DNA of 64,000 nucleotides from positions 1,344,001 through 1,408,000 of the forward strand of contig NZ_JAQNDL010000001.1 of the NCBI RefSeq assembly GCF_028368995.1. Reading direction: 5' to 3'. This DNA is from Nannocystis bainbridge. GTDB taxonomy: Bacteria; Myxococcota_A; Polyangia; Nannocystales; Nannocystaceae. Below are positions 61,501 through 64,000 of this stretch, one piece after another; the stretch's first letter is position 1, and every line of letters begins with the position of its first letter. The notes beneath the pieces are model-generated. The model saw nothing but the letters and a program-made list of their open reading frames with translations. It was not told the origin of the DNA and did no database searches. The position numbers were made by a program, and so were the translations under genes.

Positions 61501-64000
61501 ATGTCGGACGATTCCGCGCCCCTCGGGCTCGACCTCGCCGAAGTCGTCGCCGGCCTGATGCCGCCTGCCTCTTCGGACATGCCCTTGGGGACAGCCTTCT
61601 CGGCCCCGGTGGCGCGGTGGTTCGGCGAGCGGTTCGCCGGCCCGACCGAGGCTCAGCGGCGCGGCTGGGCCGCGATTGGCCGCGGCGAGGACACCCTGGT
61701 CATGGCCCCGACCGGCTCGGGCAAGACCCTCGCCGCCTTCCTCGCCGGCGTCGACGCCCTGGTCCGCCGCGGCCTCGTCGGCGCGCTGCCGGACGGCGTC
61801 ACCATCCTCTACATCTCCCCGCTCAAGGCCCTCGGCGCCGACGTCGAGCGCAACCTGCAACAGCCGCTGCGCGGCATCGAGGCCGCCGCCGCTGCGCTCG
61901 GCACCCCGCTGCCGAAGATCCGCACCGCCCTGCGCACCGGCGACTCGACCGCGACCGAGCGCGCGCGGATCTTGAAGCAGCCGCCGCACCTGCTCATCAC
62001 CACCCCCGAGTCGCTCTACCTGCTGCTCACCTCCGAGCGTGGCCGGGCCGCGCTCGCCGGCTGCCAGCAGGTCATCGTCGACGAGATCCACGCCCTCGTC
62101 GGCAACAAGCGCGGCGCCCACCTGGCCCTCTCGCTCGAGCGCCTCGACGCCCTGTGCGGCCGCAAGCTCCAGCGCATCGGTCTATCGGCCACCGTCGAGC
62201 CGCCGGCCGAGGCCGCCCGCTTCCTCGTCGGACATGTCCTCGAGGCCATGCCCGATCAGACATGCCCTGAAGCCCATGTCCTCGCGGACAGCCCGCGCGC
62301 GCGCCCGTGCCACCTGGTCGACGCCGGCCGGCGCCAGCCGCTCGACGTCGCGGTCGAGGTGCCGCAGGAGACGCTGTCGGCGGTGGCCTCGCGGACCGCG
62401 TGGGACGACCTCTACGCCCGCCTCGAGGCCTACCTCGGCGAGCACCGCACCACCCTGATCTTCGTCCCCAGCCGGCGCCTGGCCGAGCGCATCGCCCACG
62501 ACCTCGAGCAGCGGCTCGGCGAGGGCGTGGTCGCGGCCCACCACGGCGCGCTGGCCAAGCGGACCCGGCAGATGGTCGAGCTCAAGCTGCAGACCGGCGC
62601 GCTCAAGGCCGTGGTCGCCACCGCCTCGCTCGAGCTCGGCATCGACATCGGCGACGTCGAGCTCGTGGTCCAGGTCGGCTCGCCGCGCTCGATCAGCGTC
62701 CTGCGCCAGCGCATCGGCCGGGCCTGCCACTCGGTCGGCGGCACGCCCAAGGGCCGGATCTTCGCCACCACCCGCGACGACCTGATCGAGTGCGCCGCCG
62801 CGGTGCGGGCGATGAAGGAGGGCCGCATCGACCGCCCGGTCCAGCGCGAGGCCCCGCTCGACATCCTCGCCCAGCAGCTGGTCGCCACCTGCAGCGCCGA
62901 GGAGTGGGAGGTCGAGGCGCTGTGGGCCCTGGCCCGCCGCGCCGCCCCCTATGCCACTTTGACGCGCCGCGACTTCGACCAGGTCGTCGCCATGCTCGGC
63001 GACGGCATCGCCACCCGCCGCGGCCGCGCCGGCGCCCTGCTCCACCTCGACCGCATCCACGGCCGCGCCCGCGGCCGCCGCGGCGCCCAGCTGGCCGCCC
63101 TCACCTCCGGCGGGGCTATCCCCGACAAGGCCGACTACACCGTCGTCGAGGACGCCAGCGAGGCCGTGGTCGGCACCGTCGACGAGGACTTCGCGATCGA
63201 CAGCATGGTCGGCGACGTGTTTCGCCTCGGCTCGCACGCGTGGAAGATCCGCCGCGTCGAGGCCGGGCGCGTCCGCGTCGAGGACGCCCGCGGCCAGTCG
63301 CCCGCGATCCCGTTCTGGAACGGCGAGGGCCTGGCCCGCAGCGAGGCGCTGTCGGCCGAGGTCGCGACCTTGCGACATGAACTTTGGGACATGCTCGAAG
63401 GGCAAGCCGACGAGCGCGCCCGCGGCCTGCTGGCCGGCGACTGCGGCCTGTCGCAGCCGGCCATCGACCAGGCGATCGCCTACGTCGCCGAGGGCGCGCG
63501 CGCGCTGGGGGCCGTACCGACCCAGGAGTGCCTGGTCGCCGAGCGCTTCTTCGACGAGGCGGGCGGCATGCAGCTCATCATCCACGCCCCGTTCGGCGCC
63601 CGCATCAACCGCGCCTTCGGCATGGGCCTGCGCAAGAAGTTCTGCCGCACCTTCGACTTCGAGCTGCAGGCGGCCGCCACCGACGACGCGGTGCTGCTGT
63701 CGCTCGGCCCGCAGCACTCGTTCCCGCTCGAGGCGATCTTCCACTTCCTCCACGAGGAGGCGGTCGACGAGGCGCTGACGCAGGCGGCCTTGCAGTCGCC
63801 GATGTGGGAGACCCGCTGGCGGTGGAACGCGACCCGCTCGCTCGCCGTGCTGCGCCACCAGGGCAGCCGCCGGACCCCGCCGCCGATCCTGCGCATGAAG
63901 GCCGCCGACCTGCTGGCGGCCGTGTTCCCGGCCCAGGCCGGCTGCCAGGACAACCACGGCGGCGAGACCATCGAGCCGCCCGACCACCCGCTGGTCCACG
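61501..64000 (+). CDS. lhr: Lhr-family DEAD/DEAH-box helicase, 3'-truncated by window end (absent from ORF track)
   Basis: ATG 61501; PTEAQ, APTGSGKT, YISPLKAL, RTGD, ITTPESL, DEIH, GLSAT, HHG, ATASLELGIDIG, QRIGRA, GGAIPD. Confidence 0.93.
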   Translation, partial: MSDDSAPLGLDLAEVVAGLMPPASSDMPLGTAFSAPVARWFGERFAGPTEAQRRGWAAIGRGEDTLVMAPTGSGKTLAAFLAGVDALVRRGLVGALPDGVTILYISPLKALGADVERNLQQPLRGIEAAAAALGTPLPKIRTALRTGDSTATERARILKQPPHLLITTPESLYLLLTSERGRAALAGCQQVIVDEIHALVGNKRGAHLALSLERLDALCGRKLQRIGLSATVEPPAEAARFLVGHVLEAMPDQTCPEAHVLADSPRARPCHLVDAGRRQPLDVAVEVPQETLSAVASRTAWDDLYARLEAYLGEHRTTLIFVPSRRLAERIAHDLEQRLGEGVVAAHHGALAKRTRQMVELKLQTGALKAVVATASLELGIDIGDVELVVQVGSPRSISVLRQRIGRACHSVGGTPKGRIFATTRDDLIECAAAVRAMKEGRIDRPVQREAPLDILAQQLVATCSAEEWEVEALWALARRAAPYATLTRRDFDQVVAMLGDGIATRRGRAGALLHLDRIHGRARGRRGAQLAALTSGGAIPDKADYTVVEDASEAVVGTVDEDFAIDSMVGDVFRLGSHAWKIRRVEAGRVRVEDARGQSPAIPFWNGEGLARSEALSAEVATLRHELWDMLEGQADERARGLLAGDCGLSQPAIDQAIAYVAEGARALGAVPTQECLVAERFFDEAGGMQLIIHAPFGARINRAFGMGLRKKFCRTFDFELQAAATDDAVLLSLGPQHSFPLEAIFHFLHEEAVDEALTQAALQSPMWETRWRWNATRSLAVLRHQGSRRTPPPILRMKAADLLAAVFPAQAGCQDNHGGETIEPPDHPLVH
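62230..62295. repeat. 14-bp-period array, 5 units, in frame within Lhr
   Basis: CATG 62233/62247/62261/62275, CAGC 62289; further copies at 61564/61578/61592 and 63376/63390. Confidence 0.9.

Overview
GC-rich bacterial DNA that looks myxobacterial (Nannocystis-like, inferred from Thr/Cys-rich lipoproteins, Hanks kinases and gene style). It holds about 42 real genes: a PG amidase, two RND/MFP pairs, two Ser/Thr kinases, a carotenoid-oxygenase, a desaturase-like flavoprotein, a YagTSR/PaoABC molybdoenzyme, a SWIM-ATP DNA ligase, DPP-IV, a UvrD-type helicase, a Bd0055-type bacterial histone, tsaE, an M1 peptidase, a B12-binding protein coupled to a histidine kinase, an FHA-Spo0M fusion, ugd, and an Lhr helicase running off the right end (missing from the ORF track). 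I saw no rRNA, tRNA, CRISPR, cas or transposase. The standout signal is a dispersed repeat family: a palindromic 10-mer (consensus GGACATGTCC, RRRCATGYYY) repeated with a near-strict 14-bp period and 4-bp variable spacers. It forms 13 arrays of 4-8 units plus many 2-3-unit copies. Arrays sit mostly at gene 3' ends and between convergent genes, show covariation across the spacer, expand in ~42-bp blocks, and are also translated in frame inside proteins (Lhr, a membrane protein, a signal peptide). Positions were counted by hand and no database searches were run.
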